A DNA stretch of 29,666 nt, from contig WOZC01000171.1 in NCBI GenBank assembly GCA_011620465.1, positions 1 to 29,666 of the forward strand. The letters run 5' to 3'. The stretch comes from Anaerolineaceae bacterium. GTDB lineage: Bacteria > Chloroflexota > Anaerolineae > Anaerolineales > Anaerolineaceae. The stretch's first letter is position 1. Every line of letters starts with the position of its first letter. Shown here one piece after another: positions 14,869 through 23,537 of the stretch. Under the pieces are notes generated by a model. That model was not told the origin of the DNA. It ran no database searches and was given only the letters and a program-made list of their open reading frames with translations. Made by a program: the position numbers and the translations under genes.

Positions 14869-15792
14869 TTAATTGCTGAAAACCTTTCGGGGTTGCCACT
14901 CACTGGTTTCAGCATCGTACTCAATCAAAGCGACCAATTCACCATCTTCGCTGATCGCTTTTGCCATCAAACCGTTCTCCAGCCCAGGTTCACCCGGAAT
15001 GCGGTGTCCATGGCTGATATCATCGGTTTGGCTGTCACTTACCACGATTGTGTACCAGTCTCCAAGGGCTTCTGCAGCCGGAATGAGATATTTGTACCAA
15101 TCGCCATTTTGGAAGGCTTCTTCCAATCGACGCAGCGATACCGCGTCGCGCAGACCAAAACGACCATTCTTGGTTCGGCGCAAACCAACCAACATGGCAC
15201 CGGAACCCAGTTTTTCTCCCAGGTCATTGGCAAGTGAACGCACATAGGTGCCGAATGAACACTGAATATCAATGACTGCTTCTGGTGGATCCCAATCGAG
15301 CAATTCAAGGCTATGCACGGTGATCAAACGCGGTTCTAATTCAACTTCTTTGCCTTCACGTGCTAATTCGTAAGCCCTTTTTCCCTTGACCTTCAAGGCT
15401 GAATACGCAGGAGGGGTTTGTTCAAATTCTCCAACAAATCCATTCAAGGCTTCTTCGAGTTCTTCATAACTGATGTCAACCGGTCGGCGGCTGGTGATCT
15501 CACCTTCCGTATCGTAGGTATTGGTTGTCATTCCAAACTTAATAACAGCCTGGTAGCGTTTATCTGACGCAGATACAAATTCGCTTAAACGAACTGCCGG
15601 ACCAACCAGGACAACCAAAACACCAGAAGCGCGTGGGTCAAGCGTGCCAGTATGACCAGCTCGATTGATACGGGTTCCTTTGCGGATGAATTGAACGACA
15701 TCATGGGAGGTCATTCCAACAGGCTTGTCCACGATTAAAACACCGGACACCTTATTAATTAAATTATCCTGAGGCTCTCTATTAAACTCCAT
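14869..15792 (-). CDS. truB: tRNA pseudouridine(55) synthase
   Basis: VDKPVGMTSHD, GHTGTLDP, PPAYSALKVKGKRAYELAR, GTYVRSLANDLG; C-terminal PUA-like region. Confidence 0.98.
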   Translation of the reverse strand: MEFNREPQDNLINKVSGVLIVDKPVGMTSHDVVQFIRKGTRINRAGHTGTLDPRASGVLVVLVGPAVRLSEFVSASDKRYQAVIKFGMTTNTYDTEGEITSRRPVDISYEELEEALNGFVGEFEQTPPAYSALKVKGKRAYELAREGKEVELEPRLITVHSLELLDWDPPEAVIDIQCSFGTYVRSLANDLGEKLGSGAMLVGLRRTKNGRFGLRDAVSLRRLEEAFQNGDWYKYLIPAAEALGDWYTIVVSDSQTDDISHGHRIPGEPGLENGLMAKAISEDGELVALIEYDAETSEWQPRKVFSN

Positions 15793-15805
15793 ACTCCCTC
15801 TGTTT

Positions 15806-16774
15806 CTATCTCCCCTTTTCCTTCATATAGCGATGGGTCTCAGCCAACACTAATTCCTTAATTTCTTCCAGCCCCCCCGCGATGTCTGCGCCTGCCGCAG
15901 AGACATGACCGCCTCCACCAAATTGTGAAGCGATCCCGGATACATCCAATCCCTTTACTGAGCGCCAGCTGACTTTTACCGATTCGTTATCTTGCTCGAT
16001 AAACAAGACAGAGATCAATGCCTCCGGCACGACTGTCAGTGTATTGATCAGATCGGCGTCATCGTTTTCTGGATACCCAGCAATGATTCTATCATCAAGT
16101 GTCAGTGTTGAGGACAAAACTCCTTCATTTAGCTCCAGTTTAATCAGACCCTGCCCCCAATAACGGATCTCGGAAAGGGACCGCATGGAAAGTGTCTGAT
16201 GATAAACGTGGACTAAGTCGACGCCCTTATCCATCAAATCGGCTGCTGTTCTCAATGATCGTGGCGTAGTATTGTTCGTTCTAAAACCGAGCGTATCTGC
16301 CAGCAAACCAACCATCAGGCAGGTAGCTGTATCTTTGCTCACTTCGAGCCCCCAAACAGGGAGTTTTTCTGTTAACAGAAGCGCGGTTGCTTCGGTCTCA
16401 GCCTCGACGTAGTCGATTTTTCCAAAATTGATATGCGTCTTGTGATGATCGACTACCAGGTCAGGTTTTGGCAGATCGTCCAATACATTACCGACTCGGT
16501 AATTGTCCGAGCTATCCACAACGATCAAATAATCAAAGTCCAGGCTGACCTTCGTCGCGACTTCCTGTGCGCCGGGTAAGTACTTGTAACGATCCGCCAC
16601 CCCATCCTGGAGAACGCATTGCACTTCTTTACCTGCCTCACGCAAAGCGTTACCGAATGCAAGCGCGCTTCCAACAGCATCGCCATCCGGACGAATATGC
16701 GAGACAATAACGACCTTTTTGGCTTCTGATATTTGTTGGACAATGGTCTGGTCTATTAGCCGGGCTAAATCCAT
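15806..16774 (-). CDS. nrnA: DHH/DHHA1 bifunctional oligoribonuclease / pAp phosphatase
   Basis: HIRPDGDAVGS, VDSS, DHH, DT.GF, GGGHVSAAG. Start set at ATG 16774, 1 nt after the rbfA stop. Confidence 0.93.
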   Translation of the reverse strand: MDLARLIDQTIVQQISEAKKVVIVSHIRPDGDAVGSALAFGNALREAGKEVQCVLQDGVADRYKYLPGAQEVATKVSLDFDYLIVVDSSDNYRVGNVLDDLPKPDLVVDHHKTHINFGKIDYVEAETEATALLLTEKLPVWGLEVSKDTATCLMVGLLADTLGFRTNNTTPRSLRTAADLMDKGVDLVHVYHQTLSMRSLSEIRYWGQGLIKLELNEGVLSSTLTLDDRIIAGYPENDDADLINTLTVVPEALISVLFIEQDNESVKVSWRSVKGLDVSGIASQFGGGGHVSAAGADIAGGLEEIKELVLAETHRYMKEKGR

Positions 16775-16775
16775 A

Positions 16776-17210
16776 CTATTCGTCGTCCTCATCATCGTAG
16801 GAATCAATCTCTTCAATCGCCTCGTCAAGGTCGTCTTCGATTTCGTGGTCCAGTGTCGGATGCTCTTCTTTCTGCCATTCGTTTAAAAGGCTATCGATCC
16901 GGGCAGCTTTTTCTGGGGTGGGGTCCCAAAAAAAACGCAATCGTGGAGTCACGCGCAGATCGACTTCCTGTGATATCTCGAAACGTAAAAAGCCCTTGGC
17001 GTGTTGGAGTGCATCCAAAACATCTTTAGACCGTTCCTGACCTTCAATAGCTGAGACGTAGATATTCGCAAAATCGAGTTCACGATCAACTTTTACATCG
17101 GTTACCACGACACCAGCCAAACGGGGGTCTTCAATTTTCGCAAGCAGAGCGGTGGACAGGATTTCTTTCATCCTGTCATTAATTCTTTTCATTCTTAAGG
17201 TCGAAGGCAT
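16776..17210 (-). CDS. rbfA: 30S ribosome-binding factor A
   Basis: KIEDPRL..V.VTDVKVDRELDFANIYVS, LR.TPRLRFFWD; acidic tail; canonical position after infB. Confidence 0.96.
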   Translation of the reverse strand: MPSTLRMKRINDRMKEILSTALLAKIEDPRLAGVVVTDVKVDRELDFANIYVSAIEGQERSKDVLDALQHAKGFLRFEISQEVDLRVTPRLRFFWDPTPEKAARIDSLLNEWQKEEHPTLDHEIEDDLDEAIEEIDSYDDEDDE

Positions 17211-17231
17211 AACTTCTCCAACACTGTGGGA

Positions 17232-19016
17232 TTATCCACCAAATTTTTCCATTACAAAACATTCTAACAGATCACCAACTTCGAATTCCTCAAAGTTCTT
17301 AAACGTGATACCGCATTCCATTCCTTCGCGAACTTCGCGTACATCTTCTTTTTCACGGCGCAAGGAAGATACCTCTGTTTTAACTACTTCCTGACCAGCT
17401 CGCAAGAGCCGTACAGGAGCGTTGCGGCGGAATTCGCCTTCCAGAATGCGACAACCTGCGGCAGTCCCGCCCTTGGAAACTTTAAAAACCGCCAGAACAG
17501 CAGCTTTGCCGATCACGCGTTCAACCAATTCAGGTTCAAGCAAACCTTTCAACGCTTTTTCAACATCTTCTACCAGGCGGTAGATAATGTTATACAGACG
17601 GATTGAAACACCTTCTGTGTCCGCCAGGCGGCGGGTGCCCTGGTCAATACCGACATTGAAACCCATTACAACAGCATTCGAGGCAGCCGCGAGCATGATG
17701 TCGCTTTCAGTAACATTTCCCGTCTCAGCATGCAATACTTTGACCGATATATCTTTTTGTTGTTTGCTCAGTTTGTCAAGTTCGTTGGTAATTGGTTCCA
17801 GTGAGCCTTGCACATCTGCTTTCAGGATCAGGCGCAGTTCTTTTGCTTCTCCAGATTTATACCGGTCGAAAAGTTCTTCCAGGGTTGCCCGTTTAACGTT
17901 TTTCTTCGCTTCTCGCTCAGCTTTACGCTCTGCGACCATCAATCGACCTTCCTTTTCGCTCGGAACCACCTGGAAGAGGTCGCCAGCTTCAGGCAAAGAG
18001 CTGAGCCCCATCACGACCACCGGGGTTGATGGCAAGGCTTTGGTGACGCGCTTCTGGCGTTGGTCAAACATAGCCTTAATCTTACCGACAGCCTCACCGG
18101 CAACCACGACATCCCCAACTTTGAGTGTTCCGTTCTGGACCAGCATTGTTGCCAGCGGTCCCCTTCCTTTTTCAAGGCGAGCTTCCACGACAGTTCCAAT
18201 GCATTGTCCTTTCGGATTCGCCTTGATGGTCAAGTTGTCTGCAACCAGTAAGATTGTTTCCAACAAATCTTCCAATCCAATGCGACTTTTGGCAGAAACC
18301 GGCATCACAAAGGTATTGCCTTCCCATTCATCTGGTTGCAGACCAATTTCAGAGAGTTGACGTTTTACACGATCCTGGTTTGCGTCAGCTTTGTCAATTT
18401 TATTCAAAGCGACAATGATCGGCACCTGGGCAGCTTTGGCATGGTTGGCTGCTTCACGGGTTTGCGGCTGCACACCATCGTCCGCTGCCACGACTAAAAC
18501 AACGATATCCGCACCTTGAGCGCCGCGAGCACGCATTGAAGAAAACGCGGCGTGACCCGGTGTATCCAGGAAAGTGAGAGCGCGTCCATTATGAATAATT
18601 TGATAAGCACCGATGTGCTGCGTGATACCACCCACCTCACCTCCGGCTACATCCGTGTTTCGAATGGCGTCCAGCAGCGTGGTTTTTCCATGGTCTACAT
18701 GACCTAAGATTGTAATTACAGGAGGGCGCGAACTGAGGTTCTTAGGGTCTTCAGTCAAGATTACCCGACGCCACAAAGGCATTTCACCGACTTCTTCAAC
18801 AACCTCTTCTTCTTGTTCAAGCTGAGGTTCAAAGCCAAGTTCGGTCGCCACGACCGCCGCGGTGTCAAAATCGATCGTCTGATTGATGCTGGCCATGACG
18901 CCGTTAGACATTAAAATCTTGATCACCTGGACTGCAGTGGCGTCCAGCAATCCTGCTAATTCCCGAACTGTTATGCTATATGGTAATTGGATATTTTTTT
19001 CTTCTTGTTTGCCCAT
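17232..19016 (-). CDS. infB: translation initiation factor IF-2 (short N-terminus)
   Basis: [46 protein letters not shown]. Start moved to ATG 19016 because the upstream ATG overlaps the SD GGAGGT. Confidence 0.99.
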   Translation of the reverse strand: MGKQEEKNIQLPYSITVRELAGLLDATAVQVIKILMSNGVMASINQTIDFDTAAVVATELGFEPQLEQEEEVVEEVGEMPLWRRVILTEDPKNLSSRPPVITILGHVDHGKTTLLDAIRNTDVAGGEVGGITQHIGAYQIIHNGRALTFLDTPGHAAFSSMRARGAQGADIVVLVVAADDGVQPQTREAANHAKAAQVPIIVALNKIDKADANQDRVKRQLSEIGLQPDEWEGNTFVMPVSAKSRIGLEDLLETILLVADNLTIKANPKGQCIGTVVEARLEKGRGPLATMLVQNGTLKVGDVVVAGEAVGKIKAMFDQRQKRVTKALPSTPVVVMGLSSLPEAGDLFQVVPSEKEGRLMVAERKAEREAKKNVKRATLEELFDRYKSGEAKELRLILKADVQGSLEPITNELDKLSKQQKDISVKVLHAETGNVTESDIMLAAASNAVVMGFNVGIDQGTRRLADTEGVSIRLYNIIYRLVEDVEKALKGLLEPELVERVIGKAAVLAVFKVSKGGTAAGCRILEGEFRRNAPVRLLRAGQEVVKTEVSSLRREKEDVREVREGMECGITFKNFEEFEVGDLLECFVMEKFGG

Positions 19017-19103
19017 AAATACCTCCATTTATTGTCACAGCAGAACCCTGCAGAACGGCAACGGTATTCAGAGCAAATTATCGGTTGACAATCAAGCCAT
19101 CAT

Positions 19104-19439
19104 TTAATCCTTATCGAAAGTCTCTTCTGCCTGAGCGTCTCCACTCTCTGGAATACTCTCTGGCAAACCTTCCATGTAAGCAATCAGTACGGCCAAATCT
19201 TGCTCCGGAATCGTTGTGCGTAATGCATTTGCCAATGTTCCCTTTAAACCTCTTTTCCAGCAGCTCTTTTGGTCGTGTAAATAAGCTCCACGACCAGGGA
19301 GTTTACCGCTCAGATCGATCCTGACGCCTTCTTCGGTCTTGACCAAGCGGATAAGTTTCCGCTTAGGCAAAACTTCCCGGCAACCTACACAAGTTCGCTG
19401 AGGGACGTGTTTGGGTTTTGGTTTGTTCTTTGCTGTCAC
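19104..19439 (-). CDS. ylxR: YlxR/DUF448 family RNA-binding protein (RNase P modulator RnpM-like)
   Basis: PQRTCVGCR..K..LIRLV...GRGAYL; GTG start; conserved position between nusA and infB. Confidence 0.92.
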   Translation of the reverse strand: MTAKNKPKPKHVPQRTCVGCREVLPKRKLIRLVKTEEGVRIDLSGKLPGRGAYLHDQKSCWKRGLKGTLANALRTTIPEQDLAVLIAYMEGLPESIPESGDAQAEETFDKD

Positions 19440-19544
19440 CTTAGTGCTTTCTCTAAAAAAAGCATTTTCAATTGTATTCGATAGCCTAAATTATAGGCAT
19501 AAACGCTGCCCTTTCCCGGATAATCCGGGATTGAGCAATGTATT

Positions 19545-21470
19545 TTACCAATCTTCCCAACCATCTTCACCTTTGCGATGCGTATAGCGCACTACATCAG
19601 TATCCTGATCAGGATCATACTCAACGGTGTAACCACGTCGTTTCTTGCCCTTCTTCTTCTTGGAAAGACCCAGCTGGTTAAGTTCATCTTCATCCTCTGT
19701 GGTTGCTTTATCGCGCTGCATAGTATCGAGACGGAATAGTTCTTCAAAACTCTTTTCTCCATCGACTTCAGTTTCACCCACTACCTGTGCGGGTTCAACC
19801 TCTTCCAATACCAGTTCCGGCTCTTCTACAGATTCTTCCTCTGCAGGTTCTTCTTTGCTCTCGGTTCCGACAAGTTCAGGTACCGCTACCACTTCAGGAA
19901 CTTCCACCTCGGGTGTTGTCGTCTCTTCGGCAGGTTGTGCAACCGCAAAGACTTCCGCAACCTCCATGGGTGGGAATTCGTAATTTTCAACAACATCCAG
20001 AATTTCATCATAAACCTTCGGACCAATTCCGTTGAATCCCAGGATTGAATCTGGATTGGTACGAATAGCGAAGATGAGATCGCCAAAAGTCTCCAGATGA
20101 TTTTCCTGGAGAATGACCTGGATATGTTCCTTGATACCTGGCACGTCGTAAATCGACATAGCGTAGGCACGCGGATCAATAGTGTCTTTGACTGCTTTGA
20201 GTTCAGCCATATGGGCATCGACTTCGCCTTTGCGATCAGCTTCGCCGCGTCGTTCAACACGATCAACAAAGCGTCCGATCAAAGCGCTGTCGTCCAAACT
20301 AAGAACCCTACCTTCAGATTTCATCTGCAGGAGTTCTTCTACGCGCACCATAGTATCGGCTTCTTGTTGAGCTAACCCTGCCAGGCTCTTGTCCTCACGT
20401 AATTTGAGAATGGCTTTAGCCGCTGCCTCAGAAACACTCATGATGTCGATCCGCCAACCAGTCAACTTAGCAGCCAAACGGGCGTTTTGACCTTCATGAC
20501 CGATCGCCAGGCTGAGCTGATCTTCCGGCACAACCACGGTAGCGGTTTTATGTTCGTAAATGGAGGGGTTCAGATATACGCCGGAAACGCGGGCGGGACT
20601 GATGGCTTTGCTGATGTACACAGCAGCATCCGGACTCCATTCAATCACATCGATTTTCTCATCATGCAATTCACGCACGATCGCCTGGATGCGAACACCG
20701 CGCTGCCCAACACAAGCGCCCACCGGGTCGATACCCTGTTGGGTAGCAGAAACGGCAACCTTAGCGCGTTGACCAGGTTCGCGAGCGATGGAACGGATCT
20801 CAACGATACCGTGATAGATCTCAGGTACTTCGTTTTCAAGCAATCGTCGCAAAAAATTACGATGTGCTCGTGAGAGCTCAATTTGCAGACCCTTGGAAGT
20901 GTCTTCAACGCTGACGATGTAAGCGCGAATGCGGTCATGGATGCGGAAGCGTTCGTTCGGGATCATGTCTTTTTTCTGCATGATACCTTCAGCCTTCATA
21001 TCCAAACCGATAGTCGCCTGTCGTGAATTGACCGCCTGGACGATACCACTAGTGATCTCGCCAACTTGTTTTACAAAATGTTCGTACTGGCGCTGTTTTT
21101 CAGCATCTCGAATTTTTGTTTGGATGGCTTGCTTGGCCGTCTGGGCTGCAATCCGACCGAAATCTTTGGGGGTCGATTCAACCATCACCAGGTCTCCGAT
21201 TTCGCATTCAGGATAGTTTTTGAGGGCATCTTCAAGAAGTACTTCGGTACGGTAATCAGTGATGCTGTCTGAAACTTCTTTCTCAGCAAAAACACTGACA
21301 CTACCAGTGTCGAAGTCCATAACGACCTGAACATCCTGGGCAGCAGACGCGCCAACAGCCTTGCGGTAAGCAGAAATCATAGCTGATTCAAGGGCAGCTA
21401 AAATCACGTCCCGTGGTAAGCCACGCTCTTCCAAAACCTCATTAAAGGCTAATGCAAATTCGCTTTTCAT
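19545..21470 (-). CDS. nusA: transcription termination/antitermination factor NusA with long C-terminal extension
   Basis: [12 protein letters not shown]1 domain, KH domains ([43 protein letters not shown]). Start set at ATG 21470 with SD GGAG. Confidence 0.98.
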   Translation of the reverse strand: MKSEFALAFNEVLEERGLPRDVILAALESAMISAYRKAVGASAAQDVQVVMDFDTGSVSVFAEKEVSDSITDYRTEVLLEDALKNYPECEIGDLVMVESTPKDFGRIAAQTAKQAIQTKIRDAEKQRQYEHFVKQVGEITSGIVQAVNSRQATIGLDMKAEGIMQKKDMIPNERFRIHDRIRAYIVSVEDTSKGLQIELSRAHRNFLRRLLENEVPEIYHGIVEIRSIAREPGQRAKVAVSATQQGIDPVGACVGQRGVRIQAIVRELHDEKIDVIEWSPDAAVYISKAISPARVSGVYLNPSIYEHKTATVVVPEDQLSLAIGHEGQNARLAAKLTGWRIDIMSVSEAAAKAILKLREDKSLAGLAQQEADTMVRVEELLQMKSEGRVLSLDDSALIGRFVDRVERRGEADRKGEVDAHMAELKAVKDTIDPRAYAMSIYDVPGIKEHIQVILQENHLETFGDLIFAIRTNPDSILGFNGIGPKVYDEILDVVENYEFPPMEVAEVFAVAQPAEETTTPEVEVPEVVAVPELVGTESKEEPAEEESVEEPELVLEEVEPAQVVGETEVDGEKSFEELFRLDTMQRDKATTEDEDELNQLGLSKKKKGKKRRGYTVEYDPDQDTDVVRYTHRKGEDGWEDW

Positions 21471-21514
21471 CGTTTTCTTTCTCCAAAATATAAAGCACAA
21501 TCTCAGTTCTAAAC

Positions 21515-21540
21515 AAAAAAGTGGACTACTGCCCACTTTT
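21515..21540 (-). promoter_or_regulatory. leader attenuator hairpin (rimP-leader-like) upstream of nusA
   Basis: The - strand reads AAAAGTGGGC-AGTA-GTCCACTTTTTT: a GTGGG...CCAC stem plus U-tract, between the promoter and the nusA start. Confidence 0.7.
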
Positions 21541-21574
21541 CGAATTGAAAAGTATTGAACTGACTAACGCACAG

Positions 21575-21603
21575 ATAATAACACATTGAAGGGAGAAAAT
21601 CAA
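21575..21603 (-). promoter_or_regulatory. sigma70-type promoter of the nusA operon
   Basis: TTGATT, a 17-bp spacer, then TATTAT with an extended TGn motif. Confidence 0.7.
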
Positions 21604-21792
21604 GCCCGATTAGGTGATAAAACGTTTGTAAAGGTGGTGTCAGTTCCTATTAAAAATCTCTTCATCACAAAAATTGCTGGATGTAACGGGTGATAACCGT
21701 TCCACAACTTTAAACAAACAATTGTTGCCTGAGTCTTATTAAAACACAAGCAAGGTTAAAGGACGAAATCGGCATTGCACAGGAAAAAGGCG

Positions 21793-21816
21793 TTTTCATA
21801 AGTTAACTTATCAAAA
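21793..21816. promoter_or_regulatory. 24-bp near-perfect palindrome, candidate transcription-factor site
   Basis: TTTTCATAAGTTAACTTATCAAAA has a perfect 14-bp core and one mismatched pair, and ends 4 nt before the putative -35 of the glucosidase gene. Confidence 0.55.
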
Positions 21817-21820
21817 TTTC

Positions 21821-21848
21821 TTGTTAATCCCATTCTATCAGGTAAAAT
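21821..21848 (+). promoter_or_regulatory. putative sigma70 promoter of the alpha-glucosidase gene
   Basis: TTGTTA (21821-21826), 16 bp, TAAAAT (21843-21848). Confidence 0.4.
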
Positions 21849-21904
21849 TACAGTAGAAAAACTTGTACCTGTAATTCTAACGGACAACAAACAACCAGGA
21901 GGTC

Positions 21905-23530
21905 ATGATGACAGAAAACAAATTATGGTGGAAGAATGGGATTATCTACCAAATCTATCCGCGTTCATTTCAAGATTCCAACAGCGATGGTATTGGCGAT
22001 TTGGTTGGTGTCATTCAACACCTTGACTACCTGCAAGATCTGGGTGTTGACGCCATCTGGTTCTCCCCAATCAATCCCTCGCCTGATGTTGATTTTGGCT
22101 ATGACGTAGCCGATTACCATACGATCGACCCCAAATTTGGCAACCTGCAAGACTTTGAACGCTTGCTACAGGAAGCCCACAAGAGAGATCTTCACGTCAT
22201 CATGGACCTGGTACTCAGCCATTCTTCAGATCAGCACCGCTGGTTCCAGGAATCCCGGAAATCGAAGGACAATCCCTACCATGACTGGTACATTTGGCGC
22301 GACCCTGCTCCTGACGGCGGTAAGCCCAACAACTGGCTCTCGAATTTTGGCGGAAGTGCCTGGGAGTATGACAAGAATCTGGGTCAATATTACTATCATG
22401 CGTTTGCCAAAGGCCAGCCAGACTTGAACTGGCGCAATCCTGAAGTCCGCTCAACCATGCTGGATGTCTTTCGCTACTGGTTAGATAAAGGTGTGGATGG
22501 CTTCAGATTGGATGTGTTCAATAATTACTATCAGGATGCTCTTTTCCGTGACAACCCCAGGAATGAGGGCTTCAGCATTCGAAAAGTATTGCGGAAATTT
22601 GACGCATATGATCATATTTATGACACCGATCAGCCTGAGATGATGGGCGTGGTTGAGGACATCCGCAAGATTATGGATAGCTACCCGGAACGCTACGTGG
22701 TTGGCGAGACTTATTTGGCAACTTCTGCCCAGGCTCGCACCTACATCGGCGAGAACAGGCTTCACGCTGGATTTGATTACGCCTTTTGCAACTCGCCTTT
22801 CAGTGCCCGCGCGTACGGGCAGGCGATCCAATATTGGGATGCCCTCCATGGTGAAGAAGCCTGGCCTAATTACTTCTTCAACAACCACGACACTCCCCGC
22901 TCTACGACCCGCTTTGCCAAAGGTGAGAGCGATGCGATCCCGAAACTGCTGCTGGCGATGCAGTTGACGGTGCGCGGAACTCCCTATCTCTACTATGGAG
23001 AAGAGATTGGAATGCGCGACATCAGCCTGGCTCGCTCGCAAATTCAAGATCCGGTTGGCAAACGATATTGGCCTTTCAATAAAGGTCGCGATGGTTGCCG
23101 CTCTCCCATGCAGTGGAACGCCAAACAAAATGCCGGCTTCACCACCGGAGAGCCTTGGTTGCCAGTTAATAAGGACTACATAGTCCGCAATGTCGACTCC
23201 CAGGCTGCTTCACCAGCTTCCCTGCTCACTTTTTACAAAGAGCTAATCCAACTAAGACGCGCACATCCCGCTCTGAACGCTGGAAATCTTGATATGATAA
23301 AAACCGACAATGATGACCTGTTGGTTTATCAGCGCCAGGCTGGCGACGAAAAAATGCTGATCGTGCTGAATTTTTCAAAACAAATCAATACCTATCAACT
23401 ACCAACAGGTGATTTCAATAAATGGGAGTTGTTGTACGCAGGTAATGAAGCCATAATCAGCCAAATGGCAGAAAATGACCTGCATTTACCTGCCTATGGG
23501 TTTGGCATCCTGATCTCAAGGTCAGAATAG
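21905..23530 (+). CDS. GH13 alpha-glucosidase / oligo-1,6-glucosidase-like
   Basis: WWKNGIIYQIYPRSFQDSN.DGIGDL, DFGYDVADY, DLVLSH, QPDLNW, catalytic GFRLDV / VGET / NNHD; SD AGGAGG. Confidence 0.95.
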   Translation: MMTENKLWWKNGIIYQIYPRSFQDSNSDGIGDLVGVIQHLDYLQDLGVDAIWFSPINPSPDVDFGYDVADYHTIDPKFGNLQDFERLLQEAHKRDLHVIMDLVLSHSSDQHRWFQESRKSKDNPYHDWYIWRDPAPDGGKPNNWLSNFGGSAWEYDKNLGQYYYHAFAKGQPDLNWRNPEVRSTMLDVFRYWLDKGVDGFRLDVFNNYYQDALFRDNPRNEGFSIRKVLRKFDAYDHIYDTDQPEMMGVVEDIRKIMDSYPERYVVGETYLATSAQARTYIGENRLHAGFDYAFCNSPFSARAYGQAIQYWDALHGEEAWPNYFFNNHDTPRSTTRFAKGESDAIPKLLLAMQLTVRGTPYLYYGEEIGMRDISLARSQIQDPVGKRYWPFNKGRDGCRSPMQWNAKQNAGFTTGEPWLPVNKDYIVRNVDSQAASPASLLTFYKELIQLRRAHPALNAGNLDMIKTDNDDLLVYQRQAGDEKMLIVLNFSKQINTYQLPTGDFNKWELLYAGNEAIISQMAENDLHLPAYGFGILISRSE

Positions 23531-23537
23531 GAGTCTA

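Noticed and set aside
15240-15270. TruB CSFGTY instead of the usual CS(K/S/A)GTY
   Set aside because: This is a single substitution at a variable position; the catalytic Asp motif GHTGTLDP is intact.
17587-18360. 257-aa + strand ORF, and similar long ORFs antisense to nusA, ribF, truB, the glucosidase and the PBP (e.g. 28743-29576)
   Set aside because: These are shadow ORFs opposite well-conserved genes, with no SD or recognisable motifs.
19514-19530. TCCCGGA-taa-TCCGGGA inverted repeat between nusA and ylxR
   Set aside because: There is no U-tract on the coding strand and no second copy; it is too short to assign a function.
21613-21706. Two GGTGATAA..CGTT motifs as LacI-family operators for the glucosidase
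   Set aside because: Symmetry around the central CG is poor, the two copies are offset by one base, and both are far from the putative promoter.
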